Shown in pieces: positions 1-9,843 of a DNA stretch of 64,000 nucleotides. Within the stretch, counting starts at the first letter, position 1. Every line of letters starts with the position of its first letter. Location: the NCBI GenBank assembly GCA_965247895.1, contig OZ252046.1:951140-1015139 (forward strand), given 5' to 3'. This DNA comes from Dehalococcoidia bacterium (GTDB lineage: Bacteria; Chloroflexota; Dehalococcoidia; UBA2979). Below the pieces are notes generated by a model that was not told the origin of the DNA, made no database searches, and worked only from the letters and a program-made list of their open reading frames with translations. A program made the translations under genes and the position numbers.

Positions 1-3000
1 TCACGATGATGGTGTCGCTGAGTGTCCCTGGGTCGGTGGCGGTGACGGTGACGGTGTGCGAGGGCACCGTCTCGTAGTCGAACATGGGGTTGGCGGCCAC
101 CCGTATCTGGCCGGTTGCGCTGTCCACCGTGAACTTGTCGGAGCCCGTCAGCGTGTAGCTCAGATTCCCTGCGTCCTCGGCGTCGTCGGCCACCACCCGC
201 TCCCCGACGGTGGCAGTGGCCCCTGCGTCCTCGGGCACGGAGCGCGTCGTGTTCGCAGCGGGGAACTCCGGGGCGGTGTTCACGGGCGGCTTGGCCTGGA
301 CACGGTTTCGCGAGACCGCGGAGATACTTATGTCCGTGTCCGGGCTGTATCCGTCCCTATACGTGGCGGTGGCGCGCAGGTAGTAACCGATGTCGCCTAC
401 GACCGGCGTGTAGCTGTCAGCCGTGGCGCCGCTGATCAGCTGCCAGCCGCTCCCCCGGCTCGTCGACCGCTCCCACTTCCACGTCGTCGACTGCACGATG
501 TCGGCGTCGGTCAGTGTCGCCGTGAACGGCGCCTCCACCTGCGGCTGCGGCGAGGAGAGGCCGAGCATCGCCCGTTCGTTCACATTCGTGACATCCACCG
601 TGACCCTCGTGACCGCTGAGCCGTTCGCATCCGTGGCCGTGACCTCCACTTCGTAGCTGTCCTTGGTCTCGTAGTTGAGGGCGCTCTCCGTCCGCAGCTG
701 GCCGCTGGTGGCGACGATCGCGAACGATGAGGCGTCGGCTCCGCCGAGCGTGTACGTGGTCGAGCCGTCCGTGGCCGCGGCCGTAACCGGCGGGCCGATG
801 TTCCTGTTCCGCGACGTGTTCTCCTCGACGGTGCGCGTGGTGCGGACGGACTGGAGCGCGAAGGACAGAGTCGCGATCGGCTCCGTCGAGAATTTGCCCG
901 TTCCCCGGATGCTCGTGATGACCCCCTGCGGGTCGGTGGCCGCGTTGCCCAGGGAGAACCCCGTGCCTTCCTCCGTGCCCGCGTCCCACGGGTAGAGGTT
1001 GACGGTGTGGGAGCGCAGCCAGCGGCCGCTGCTGTTGAGCAGGGGCAGGCCGGAAACGCCCACGAACCAGTCGGGGCTGGGGGCGACCATCGTGACCAGC
1101 GTGACGCGCGGGTGGGTGGTGGCAAGCGTGGGGTTGAGGCTCTGTGTGGCCGTTACCCCGCCCGTGTCCGTGCTGCCCTGGAACAAGCTGAGCGCCGTGG
1201 CCGGGTTGGCGCCGATGGCTGTCTGCACCTCGCTCCGCAGGGTCGTGATCGTTCCGTCCTCCGCCATCGACTCGACCCCGGCGCTGGCCGTCCCGCCGCT
1301 CGCGAGGAAGCTCACGCCTGCGTTGTGGACGGCGCCGGCGAGGCGGGAGAAGTGCGCGCCGCCGGGAACGCCGTCAGGCGTGACCTTGGCGTACCACTTG
1401 CCCTCGAACTCGACGTCATAGGTCGCTGTCGATGGGAACGGCGCGACGGGATCGCTCGCCGGGGGGGTCAGCGAGGTGTCTTGCCTCGTACGGGTCACCG
1501 TCACGATGTAGGTCCTGGTGCTTCCGTTCGCGGCTGTCACCCTGATGGTGATGACGTTCTGGCCCACCGACGGGTTCACCTGGTAACCGTCGGCATTGGT
1601 GTCGGCGTCGACGCGACCTACGAGCGTAGCCACGGCACCGGCATCGTTCTCGCTCGCGGTCACCGTGATCCCCGTCACGGTGTAGCCGACGGATGCCGTG
1701 TACCAGGTGACCTCAGTGTCGAAGGAGGGGCTGAGCCTTGCCCCGCTCAGTGACAGCGCGCTCAGGGTGGCGTCCGCGGAGAGGGGGGTGCCTGTGCCCG
1801 TGTCCGACCAGTCCCCGTCGCCGGCGCTGTTGGCTGCCCGCACCTCCACGTCGTAGGAGACGCCGTTGGTCAGCCCCGCGATGGTGTATTCCAGGTCGCC
1901 CGAGGTCCAGGCGATCACTTCGTCCCAGTTGGCGTCGGCCTTGTCCGTCGCGTCGGTGCGGATTGAGTGCACGTCGTAACGGGTAATGGCGGCGCCGCCG
2001 TTGGAGGCGGGCGCGCTCCATTGCACGGCGAGCTCCCCGTCGCCGGCGGTCACGGAAGAAACCCCCGGCACTCCGGGCACCACGGGGGGCTGCATCTGCT
2101 CGGCGGCCTCGCCGATGTTGTTATAGTTTTCGGCAGAGACGCGCACACTCGAGCCGGGCGCTGTGGCAGTCGTCTGGTGGGCGAGAGTCCCCGAAACATC
2201 GGTGATCTTCGCGGAACGGGTGTCGTCGTACTCCTGGTCCGCATCCTTCCACTCCACCCGGTAGGCGGTGATGGCTTCACCCCCGTCGTAGGCCGGCTTC
2301 TCCCAGGTCACCCGGCCGTCCGCGGCCAGGGCGACCGCTGCGGGAGCCTGGGGGACGCAGCCGCCGGCTCGCCATGGATTGCGGGTGGGGGCCCTGCCGT
2401 ACAGGGCCTCCGTTGCTCGCTGCCGATCGCAGTAGGCCCCGAATGCGTTCCGCAACGCGAACGCAGCCGCGTGTTTCCATGCCCCCACGCCCTTGACATC
2501 AGTCCACACCTTTTCGAGGTCGTACTGCTTGTCGTATTTCGGATCCGTTGAGGTGTCATAGGGAACGGTGTCGTCCTCGTAGGTTGTGTCGAACCAGGCC
2601 GGCATTGTCTTGGCGAGGACGCTGTTGATCATGGTCAGTGTAGTTGCAGAGGGCGTATCTCCTGTTCTGGAACAAGGAGGGAAGTACGTCGAAAGAGAGC
2701 TTGCCACGGTGCCGCTCTCGACAGCATCGGCATAGAGCTCATGGATCTGACAGCCGGTTCCGCCCGCTACGAGGTCTGCAAAGTAGAGCCACGCGATGCC
2801 GCGACCCTCGGAGTCTCGTCCCATAAGCCGCGCTCCGGCATTGTAGACGTGGCCCAGCTCATGGAGATAGACGCCTGTGTCAGATGCGGCGTTATTACCA
2901 ATGTCAACGCGAGTGACTTCACAGGCAACCAGAGTCCCTATTCTTCTCGAACTGCAATCCAGGAAGACCCTGCTGTCGGAGACTGTTGCACCAATTGGAG

Positions 3001-3510
3001 TGTTTAAACGCCGCATGTAATCGTACAGCTCGCGCACCCATGGGTCGTCTGCTTCGTATGCGGCAACAACCCCCGTCTTCAGGAAGTGACCTCGTTGCTC
3101 ACTTTCGGACTGGGTTTTGAACCCAGGCGTACGAAGCTTGACATCGGTACCCAGGGTGACGAGGAGGGCGTAGAGCGTGTCCGCAGTCAGTCCCGTCAAG
3201 TCGAAGGTGACGGAGGTGCCGTTGGTCATCTTGCTCGTCACCAGGTCGGCGCCGTCGGGCTGGGCCCTGTACTTGAGAGCAACCGTCTGCTCCGTCGAGC
3301 CGGGATTGGCGATGGTGACTGTCACGCTCGCCGTCGTTCGTCCGGTCTCGCCGAACTCCACGCCGGTGATGTTCCCGCTTGGCGCAGCCGGCAGGTCGTA
3401 GGCATAGATCTTGACCTTCGCCTCATCGCCCACCCAGAGGGTGTTCCCGCTGGAGGTGACGCCCCACGGCGCCCCATTCTCGCGGGCCAGTTGTATCTCC
3501 GGGGGGGCTG
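1..3510 (-). CDS. C-terminal portion of giant secreted surface protein A: FN3-like modules, HEXXH Zn-metallopeptidase-like region, spondin_N-like domain, cadherin-like modules. The 3' end lies beyond the window start. Same gene as 3322..5499 after a +1 frameshift at the G7 run 3501..3507.
   Basis: Minus-strand frame with codon first bases at positions congruent to 1 mod 3 is open from 3510 to position 1. Hand translation gives ...PEIQLARENGAPWGVTSSGNTLWVGDEAKVKIYAYDL (a propeller blade)...VYLHELGHVYNAGARLMG (HEXXH)...ATYDVEFEGKWYAKVTPDGVPGGAHFSRLAGAVHNAGVSFLASGG...SPDWFVGVSGLPLLNSSGRWLRSHTVNLYPWDAGTEEG (spondin_N-like)...YETVPSHTVTVTATDPGTLSDTIIV (cadherin-like). It is absent from the ORF track because there is no stop codon inside the window. 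Confidence 0.6.
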
Positions 3511-5499
3511 CCGATCGCCGACACCGGCGGTACCCAGGGCATAGGCGAATATCCTGTCCAGGGCGTCGTCGGCGACCCACAGCGCGGACCCGTTGGACCA
3601 CATGCCCCTGGGTTGCATGTAGGAGGTGGCGAGGTCGCCCTCTTTCGTTGTGTCGCGCGCTCCGAAGGTACCGGTGCTGCCGATGTTGTAGGCGAAGACG
3701 TGCTCCCGGACGTGGCCTGCTATCCACATCGTGGTTCCGTCGGACCACACCCCCCTCGGGTGGCCATTCTCGGGCGCTATCTCGAAGCTCTTCGCGGTGT
3801 CGAGCCTTCCGAAGGGGCTGCCTGAGAGCGAATACGCGTACACCTTGTCGTCCTGCTCGTCGACTACCCACAAGGTGCCGCTGTTCACGTAGACGCCGCG
3901 TGGAGCGGCGTTCTCGCCGTCGAGCACGAAGCTCTTCGAGCTGACGAAGCCCTTGTTGCTCAGGTTGTAGGCGTCGACGCGGTCGCTGCCCCCCGTGGCC
4001 CTGTCGTACACGACCCACAGGGTGGCGCCGTCGGTCCCGATGCCGCGCATCTGCCCGATCCCGACCAGGGCAAGGTCACGCTGCGCCGGCCGCACCAGCA
4101 GCTCCGCGGTGACCTCGGTCCCGTCGGCGAAGGTGCTGTCGAGTGAGGCCTGGACCACGAGGCGCGGCGCCGATCGCGCCCCGGAGAGCGTGAAGTCGAT
4201 GGTCTGTCCGCCTGTCGCGTTGGTCGTGGACCATGCATCGGTGAAGGGCTCGCGGTAACGCAGGTACACCGTCTTGCTGGGGTTGGGGTAGCTGATGTCG
4301 GCGCGAATGGTGGCGGCGGTCTGCGTAGCGGAGACGAGGGACAGCGCGGATACGCTCGGGTCCGGCTTCGGCTGGTAGTAGGCGAAGACCTTCGATCCGC
4401 TGCGGCGGCCGTCCAGGATCCAGAGATACTCCCCGTCTCCCCACATGTCGCTGGCTCCCAGTGAGTCGACAGCATTGGCGTGAGCGGTGTTCAGCGGGAT
4501 ATTCAGGTGCGGCAGCGGGATGCCGACCCTCAGATCGAGGGCGTAGAGCATCCGGTCCCGGCCGTCGACCGCCCACATCGTCTGACCGTCGGACCAGATG
4601 CCGCTCAGGGCGTAGCTGCCGTCCTTGTGCAGGGTGATGTCCTTCGCCGTGTCGCGTCCGCCATACGGGCGTTCGTAGGCATAGGCGTCGTGCTGAGGGT
4701 AAACGACCCAGAACGTGTCGCTGTTGGCCCAGATGCCCTTCGCGTCGGAGTGGCCGCGGGCGAGCCTGAATTCCCTGCTCGATTGCCGGGAGCCGTCCGA
4801 AAGCTGGTAGGCGTAGGCTCGGAATTGGGACCGGTCCACGGCGTACAGGTAGGTCCCGTCGGACCAGAGGCCCCCTGGGCTGTGGTTGCCGAGGCCTGGG
4901 GTGATGTCTTTCGCCGTGTCGCGGTCGCCGTGCTGGGCGGCCGGTGTGCGCTTGTAGGCGAGAATCGTCGTCGAAGTGCCAAGAGTAAACCCGTCGGAGA
5001 TGACCCAGAGCGTGTTGGCGTCTCCCGCGATGCCCGTGGGAAGGTCGCTTCCGGCCAACGTGATGTCGAGATGCGCCGGCCGGTTCTGGAAGGTGCTGCT
5101 CTCGACGCCGGTCGCGAAGGTCGAGTCCGCCGACACCTCGATGTCGTAGTAGGCGTTCGCCGCCAACGCCGTGAGGCTGAAGGTCACGTCCCCCGCTTGC
5201 GACGCGTTGGCGGTCCACAACAACGCTCCCCAGTCGTCCTTGTCATGGAGAGAGAGCCGCAGATAGAACGTTCCCATCCCACTGACCGTCGCGGTGGCGG
5301 TCGCGGTGGTCCGGGCGCTGCTCGCCACTGTGCCGGCACTCACGGTGGCGGTCTGGGCGGAGACCGATGCGACACGACCACTCAGGGCTGCAAACACGAC
5401 AACAAGCAGCACAATGCCTATCAGGGTTGCGGAACGCGGCAGAGTGGCGCTCATACCCGCGCTTCGTGCCGGGAGCAGCCCACCGTGTTGCCGGAGCAC
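3322..5499 (-). CDS. N-terminal portion of giant secreted protein A: signal peptide plus at least 10 divergent WSDG-type (PD40/TolB-like) beta-propeller blades. The C-terminal ~60 aa of this ORF are out-of-frame junk after the G7 frameshift.
   Basis: 725-aa ORF in the track. N-terminus MSATLPRSATLIGIVLLVVVFAALSG...AQTA looks like a signal peptide. Repeats such as GIWSDGQTMWAVDGRDRMLYALDL, GVWSDGTTMWIAGHVREHVFAYNI and GMWSNGSALWVADDALDRIFAYAL. The Arg-rich tail ...DRQPPRRYNWPARMGRRGASPP follows the G7 run. Confidence 0.7.
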   Translation of the reverse strand: MLRQHGGLLPARSAGMSATLPRSATLIGIVLLVVVFAALSGRVASVSAQTATVSAGTVASSARTTATATATVSGMGTFYLRLSLHDKDDWGALLWTANASQAGDVTFSLTALAANAYYDIEVSADSTFATGVESSTFQNRPAHLDITLAGSDLPTGIAGDANTLWVISDGFTLGTSTTILAYKRTPAAQHGDRDTAKDITPGLGNHSPGGLWSDGTYLYAVDRSQFRAYAYQLSDGSRQSSREFRLARGHSDAKGIWANSDTFWVVYPQHDAYAYERPYGGRDTAKDITLHKDGSYALSGIWSDGQTMWAVDGRDRMLYALDLRVGIPLPHLNIPLNTAHANAVDSLGASDMWGDGEYLWILDGRRSGSKVFAYYQPKPDPSVSALSLVSATQTAATIRADISYPNPSKTVYLRYREPFTDAWSTTNATGGQTIDFTLSGARSAPRLVVQASLDSTFADGTEVTAELLVRPAQRDLALVGIGQMRGIGTDGATLWVVYDRATGGSDRVDAYNLSNKGFVSSKSFVLDGENAAPRGVYVNSGTLWVVDEQDDKVYAYSLSGSPFGRLDTAKSFEIAPENGHPRGVWSDGTTMWIAGHVREHVFAYNIGSTGTFGARDTTKEGDLATSYMQPRGMWSNGSALWVADDALDRIFAYALGTAGVGDRQPPRRYNWPARMGRRGASPPAGTPSGWAMRRRSRSMPTTCRLRQAGTSPAWSSARPDERRRA

Positions 5500-6329
5500 A
5501 TCGCCCGGCTCAGGGCAGCCTGCGCCCAGGCGCGATCCGGCGGGTGGCTAGCGAACAGCGAGCCGGCCAGGCTCGCGGCCCCTGGCACCGGAAGCCGTCC
5601 GGCGAGCACGCCACGGAGCAGCACGGCGCGGAAAGTGGAACCGGTGATCTGCGCCGAAGTCACGACGGTTCCCCCCCGCAAGAAGCGCCCCCGTGGGCGC
5701 CTAGCTAGGGCAACCTAGCACGGTCGTGTCGTTCAATCGATGCATATCCGTGATAAATACGTGAAACTTTGCTCAAACCCGTGAAGTTTTCGGTGAATCA
5801 AGTCCCATTGATGCTCACCACCAGCCTTTCACGGCACGCGCCCAGGGAACTCCAGCAGCGCATAGGCCAACCCGAAGGTGAGGGCGAGTCCTCCTCAGCC
5901 CGTCTCCGGCACGCTTGCTAGTGGCTGCTCTCCGGGCGCTCGGGTCGCGATCACAGGGGTGGTGCAGCGGCACGCGCACCGGGACGACAACGATGTCCAT
6001 GTCCGGACGCTGCACCCTGTCATCGATGTCGTGGAACGTCAGCTCGGCGCCGAATTGGGCGGCCGAGGCCCTCGCCGTGTCTTCGTGTGCCATGCAGACG
6101 GCCTTGAGCTCGTAGTCAGGGCAAAGAGGCCAGCGCTGGCACGCAGCACTCGATACGGTCACGCGGCTGGGCGCGGTGGACCCGGGGCTCGTGGCCATCG
6201 AGGCGGGCCGCATCGCCGACGGCCGCCGGGAGAGCGGCGTCGGGAATAGGACAACTTGGGCGGTTCGACCGCCCGAAGCCGAACCTGGCCGGCTACGACG
6301 CGCTGCTCGCCGCGAGCACGGGATGAGCA

Positions 6330-6513
6330 CGCCCATGACCGAGCAGGCGGCCGCGCTGACGCCCCGCACACTTGACTTCACTCGCTGCGGCATACGGCCG
6401 GGAGCCAGTCGATCCTGGCCGGCACCGACCTGCTGACGGTTTCGCGGCGGCTCGGGCAAGCGTCCGCGTCGTTCACGATGGATATCTACGGGCACATGTT
6501 GCCGGGGCAATAG
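6330..6513 (+). pseudogene. Degraded C-terminus of a tyrosine recombinase (phage integrase): box II and catalytic Tyr region, disrupted by an indel
   Basis: One frame reads ...LHSLRHTAGSQSILAGTDLLTVSRRLGQASASFTMDIYGHMLPGQ* (HxLRH...Y motif), ending at a stop at 6511..6513. The preceding ALTPRTL segment is in another frame, with a stop between them. Removing a 14-nt stretch would restore ALTPRTLRHTAGS. Confidence 0.5.
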
Positions 6514-6551
6514 GGCCCTGCGGCCGAGGCGCTTGACCACTTGATCAGGTG

Positions 6552-6617
6552 AATGGCCCCAGAATGGCCCCAGATTGGCCCCAGATTGGCCCCAGGATGG
6601 CCCCAGGATGGCCCCAC
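6552..6617. repeat. 11-bp tandem repeat, 6 units (aatggccccag / attggccccag / gatggccccag), between the integrase remnant and the tRNA-Glu 3' end
   Basis: Read directly at 6552..6617. Confidence 0.8.
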
Positions 6618-6664
6618 TCGAGCCGACTGAACGAACGCATGCGGCCGAAAAGGCCTGTGAACGT

Positions 6665-6740
6665 TGGTGCCCCCAAGGGGGTTCGAACCCCTGTTTCCAC
6701 CTTGAAAGGGTGGCGTCCTGGTCCCCTAGACGATGGGGGC
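6665..6740 (-). tRNA. tRNA-Glu (anticodon TTC)
   Basis: Reverse complement of 6665..6740 is GCCCCCATCGTCTAGGGGACCAGGACGCCACCCTTTCAAGGTGGAAACAGGGGTTCGAACCCCCTTGGGGGCACCA. 7-bp acceptor stem, anticodon loop CTTTCAA, T-loop GGTTCGAA, 3' CCA. Confidence 0.9.
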
Positions 6741-6919
6741 GAGCGCTGATCGAGCATACCAAGGACCGGGCGCAGTTGCCCCCGCACGCCGCGAGGCCGC
6801 TTCGACCGCGCGACGCCCCTCGGAATCTCCCGCACTGGGTGCGTAGCTCGCGCGCTGCGGCACTGGCGCGCACGCGCCGCGTGCCGCACCATTCGAGGCT
6901 CTAAGCCAGGAGCAGCCAT

Positions 6920-8386
6920 ATGACAAGCGATCCGATCCTTCCGCAAGCCCGCATCGTCGATGAGTACGAGAGCCCCATATCGGGGTATCAGCTGCTGATG
7001 ATGGTGCGGATCGCCAACTCGCCCGGCAAGCTCGGCATGCTCGCCACCACGATCGGTGAGTGCGGCGCAGACATCGGCGCGATCGACATCTACGAGGCGG
7101 GCCCCAACCACATGGTCCGGGAGTTGCGGGTCTTCTGCCGCGACGCCGTGCATGCCCGCGAGGTCGTGGACCGGGTTGACGCCCTCGACGGCGTGGAGGT
7201 GCAGCGCGCCTCGGACCGCACCTTCCAGCTGCATCGTGGCGGCAAGATCGAGATCGCGAACAAGGTGCACATCCGCACCAACGCCGAGCTCTCCCATGTC
7301 TACACGCCCGGCGTCGCGCGCGTCTCGATGATGGTGCACGACGAGCCGGACTCGGTGTGGGCGCTGACCGCGCGCCGCAATACCGTCGCCGTCGTCACCG
7401 ACGGCACCGCGGTGCTCGGCCTCGGCGACATCGGCCCGGAGGCGGCGATGCCGGTCATGGAGGGCAAGTGCATGCTCTTCAAGAGCTTCGGCTCGATCGA
7501 CGCCTGGCCGATCTGCCTCGACACCAAGGACCCCGACCGCATCGTGGACATCGTCGAGGCGATCGCGCCGGGCTTCGGCGGCATCCTGCTCGAGGACATC
7601 TCCGCCCCACGCTGCTTCGACATCGAAGAGCGGCTCGTGGAGAAGCTGGACATCCCGGTCTTCCACGACGACCAGCACGGCACCGCCGTCGTGGTCCTCG
7701 CGGCGCTGATCAACAGCCTCAAGATCGTCGGCAAGAAGCCCGAGGACCTGAAGGTCGTCGTGCTCGGCGTCGGCGCCTCCGGGATCGCCTGCGCTCGGAT
7801 CATGCTCAACTACGGCGTGCGCGACATCATCGGCTTCGACCGCACCGGGGCCGTCTACCCCGGCCGCGAGAACCTGAACCCGGCGAAGGAGTGGTTCGCC
7901 GAGCACACCAACCCGGACGGCTTCAGCGGCGACCTGACGCAGGCGATGCGCGGAGCGGACATGTTCCTCGGGCTGTCGGGCCCGCGCATGCTCTCGCCGG
8001 AGCAGGTGGGCAGTATGGCCGACGACGCGATCGTGCTGGCACTCTCCAACCCGGAGCCGGAGATCATGCCGGAGCTGATCCAGGGCAAGGCCCGCGTGAT
8101 CGCCACCGGGCGCTCCGACTACCCGAACCAGGTCAACAACGTGCTCTGCTTCCCCGGGCTCTTCCGCGGCGCCTTCGACGCCGGCGCGAAGCGCATCACC
8201 GAGGAGATGAAGCTCGTCGCCGCCCACGCCATCGCCGAGGTCATCCCCGACGACCAGATCAACGAGGACTACATCCTGCCCTCGGTCTTCAACGAGGCGG
8301 TCGCGCGCAACGTCGCCGCGGCAGTCGCCGCGGAGGCGCGCCGCACCGGCAACGTCCGCCAGCCCGGCTCGCGGGTCTTCGTCTAG
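6920..8386 (+). CDS. NAD(P)-dependent malic enzyme with N-terminal ACT domain
   Basis: 488-aa ORF with motifs VYTPGVA, VVTDGTAVLGLGDIG and VLGVGASGIA. Confidence 0.9.
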   Translation: MTSDPILPQARIVDEYESPISGYQLLMMVRIANSPGKLGMLATTIGECGADIGAIDIYEAGPNHMVRELRVFCRDAVHAREVVDRVDALDGVEVQRASDRTFQLHRGGKIEIANKVHIRTNAELSHVYTPGVARVSMMVHDEPDSVWALTARRNTVAVVTDGTAVLGLGDIGPEAAMPVMEGKCMLFKSFGSIDAWPICLDTKDPDRIVDIVEAIAPGFGGILLEDISAPRCFDIEERLVEKLDIPVFHDDQHGTAVVVLAALINSLKIVGKKPEDLKVVVLGVGASGIACARIMLNYGVRDIIGFDRTGAVYPGRENLNPAKEWFAEHTNPDGFSGDLTQAMRGADMFLGLSGPRMLSPEQVGSMADDAIVLALSNPEPEIMPELIQGKARVIATGRSDYPNQVNNVLCFPGLFRGAFDAGAKRITEEMKLVAAHAIAEVIPDDQINEDYILPSVFNEAVARNVAAAVAAEARRTGNVRQPGSRVFV

Positions 8387-8392
8387 CCTGTC
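8111..8392 (+). repeat. Left copy (~282 bp) of an identical direct repeat. It is the native 3' end of the malic-enzyme gene; the right copy is at 10816..11097.
   Basis: Nucleotide identity from gctccgactacccgaaccaggtcaac... through ...gtcttcgtctag. The two copies diverge immediately after the stop codon. Confidence 0.85.
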
Positions 8393-8574
8393 CAGTCTCG
8401 TTAGATGCGGCGGGCGCCGTCCCTCGCACGCCACTTGATCCCGAGCCGGATCGGGCTCCTTCGCGATGTCGAACGCGACCCGCGCCACTACAACTCAGAC
8501 TGCGCCCATACCAGCCGCTCGAATGGTCCCGACACGCAGCCGGATGTGTCGCCGGATTCTGGAGATAGGGCAGC

Positions 8575-9843
8575 CTAGCTGCCGCGCAGCGTACGGAGCA
8601 GGTCGCCCATCCTGGGTGGCTGGCCGTACGCCAGCAAGTAAGCCCGGAAGAGGCGGGCCGTGAGCCAAACGACGATCGCCACGCTGAGGGAGAGGACAGC
8701 GAGACTAACGAAGACCTCCAAGCCGTCCATGCCACCGAGACTCAGCCGCATGAGGCTCGCCATTGGGGCAGTAATCGGGACGAAGCTGAGCGCCCTCGCA
8801 AGCGTCCCGTCGGGGTCATCCAGCAGGGCGGGCAGGAACCACATCGGAGCGATAGCAGGCAGCATCACGAACGCGGTGATGCTCCCCGCCTGCTGTTGGT
8901 TGGTGGTGACCGCCCCGATGGCAGCCAGCAACGTGCCAATGAGAGCGTAACCAAGGAGGAAGTAGGCAAACGCAATAAAGAGCCACCCGGCCGAAGGTAC
9001 ATGCGTCAACTCGGAGGGCGCCCCGATCATGCGGCCGAGTGCGAGTAGGAAACCGACGCCAGATACGGCCCAGACTGCCACCTGCAAGAGGCTCGCGGCT
9101 CCCAGCCCGATGAGCTTTCCGAGCATCAGATGCTCCGGCTCGATCGAGGAGAGCAACACCTCCATGATGCGGTTCTCCTTCTCCTCGGACAGACCTTGCA
9201 ACAGGTAGCCAGACGCGGTGAGCGCCGACACGACGAACAATAAGCTCACAGCGACGAAGAGCAGGCTGTCGGCCACGTCAGAGTCCTCATCGGCGGGCGC
9301 ACCCGACTCGGTCACTTCATCAATCACGAGTCGATAGGGCGTGATGATGCGCTCGATCCGCTCCGAGTCGACCTGTCCGGATGTCAGGTTCTCGACGACG
9401 AATCGGTGAAGAGCGCCATCCCGTCGGCCGGAGCCGAACAACCCGGCGCTCTCCTCCTGAACCTCCACCACCGTCCCCGTCTCCAGGTAGTCTGCGGGAA
9501 ACACGAAGAGCCGCTCGATCCGTCCTTCAAGAAGCGCGCCTGTGGCTGTCTGCCGGTCCGGGTACGCCGTGAAGACCGTGCTGCCCTGCCTCTGGAACCT
9601 GGTGAAGTGCGGCTGGCCGTCCTCGCCAGTTGTGAGGTCGACGTAGCCGAACATGAACGTTTCGGGGGGAATAGCGGAAGGAGTGTCCTCTTCGGACGTG
9701 TCAGACCTCACCGTCTGAAATACGGCGGCGCCGACGAGGCCGAGTATTGCCAGGACGGGGACTGAAGCGACGAAGATGCGGTAGGCGAGTCGGCCGAGGG
9801 TGACGGAGAACTCGTGCCGCGCGACGAGCCATGTCTTACGCAT
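8575..9843 (-). CDS. ABC-2 family transporter permease
   Basis: The ORF 8575..10050 carries a 69-aa out-of-gene N-terminal extension. The likely start is ATG at 9843 (MRKTWLVARHEF...), which overlaps the ATPase stop within ATGCGTAA (translational coupling). About six transmembrane segments. Confidence 0.8.
   Translation of the reverse strand: MRKTWLVARHEFSVTLGRLAYRIFVASVPVLAILGLVGAAVFQTVRSDTSEEDTPSAIPPETFMFGYVDLTTGEDGQPHFTRFQRQGSTVFTAYPDRQTATGALLEGRIERLFVFPADYLETGTVVEVQEESAGLFGSGRRDGALHRFVVENLTSGQVDSERIERIITPYRLVIDEVTESGAPADEDSDVADSLLFVAVSLLFVVSALTASGYLLQGLSEEKENRIMEVLLSSIEPEHLMLGKLIGLGAASLLQVAVWAVSGVGFLLALGRMIGAPSELTHVPSAGWLFIAFAYFLLGYALIGTLLAAIGAVTTNQQQAGSITAFVMLPAIAPMWFLPALLDDPDGTLARALSFVPITAPMASLMRLSLGGMDGLEVFVSLAVLSLSVAIVVWLTARLFRAYLLAYGQPPRMGDLLRTLRGS

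Noticed and set aside
5815-6873. 352-aa minus-strand ORF across the integrase-remnant / tRNA-Glu region
   Set aside because: It overlaps the tRNA and the tandem repeat. Only a ~90-aa stretch (MAHEDTARASAAQFGAELTFHDIDD..., about 5815..6093) looks mildly protein-like, and I could not assign a family. It is left unannotated.
6545-8488. 647-aa minus-strand ORF
   Set aside because: It lies entirely antisense to the well-supported malic-enzyme gene and to the tRNA-Glu and tandem-repeat region. Its composition is biased (Arg/Asp/Gly-rich). The same antisense sequence reappears at 10744..11544 only because of the duplication.
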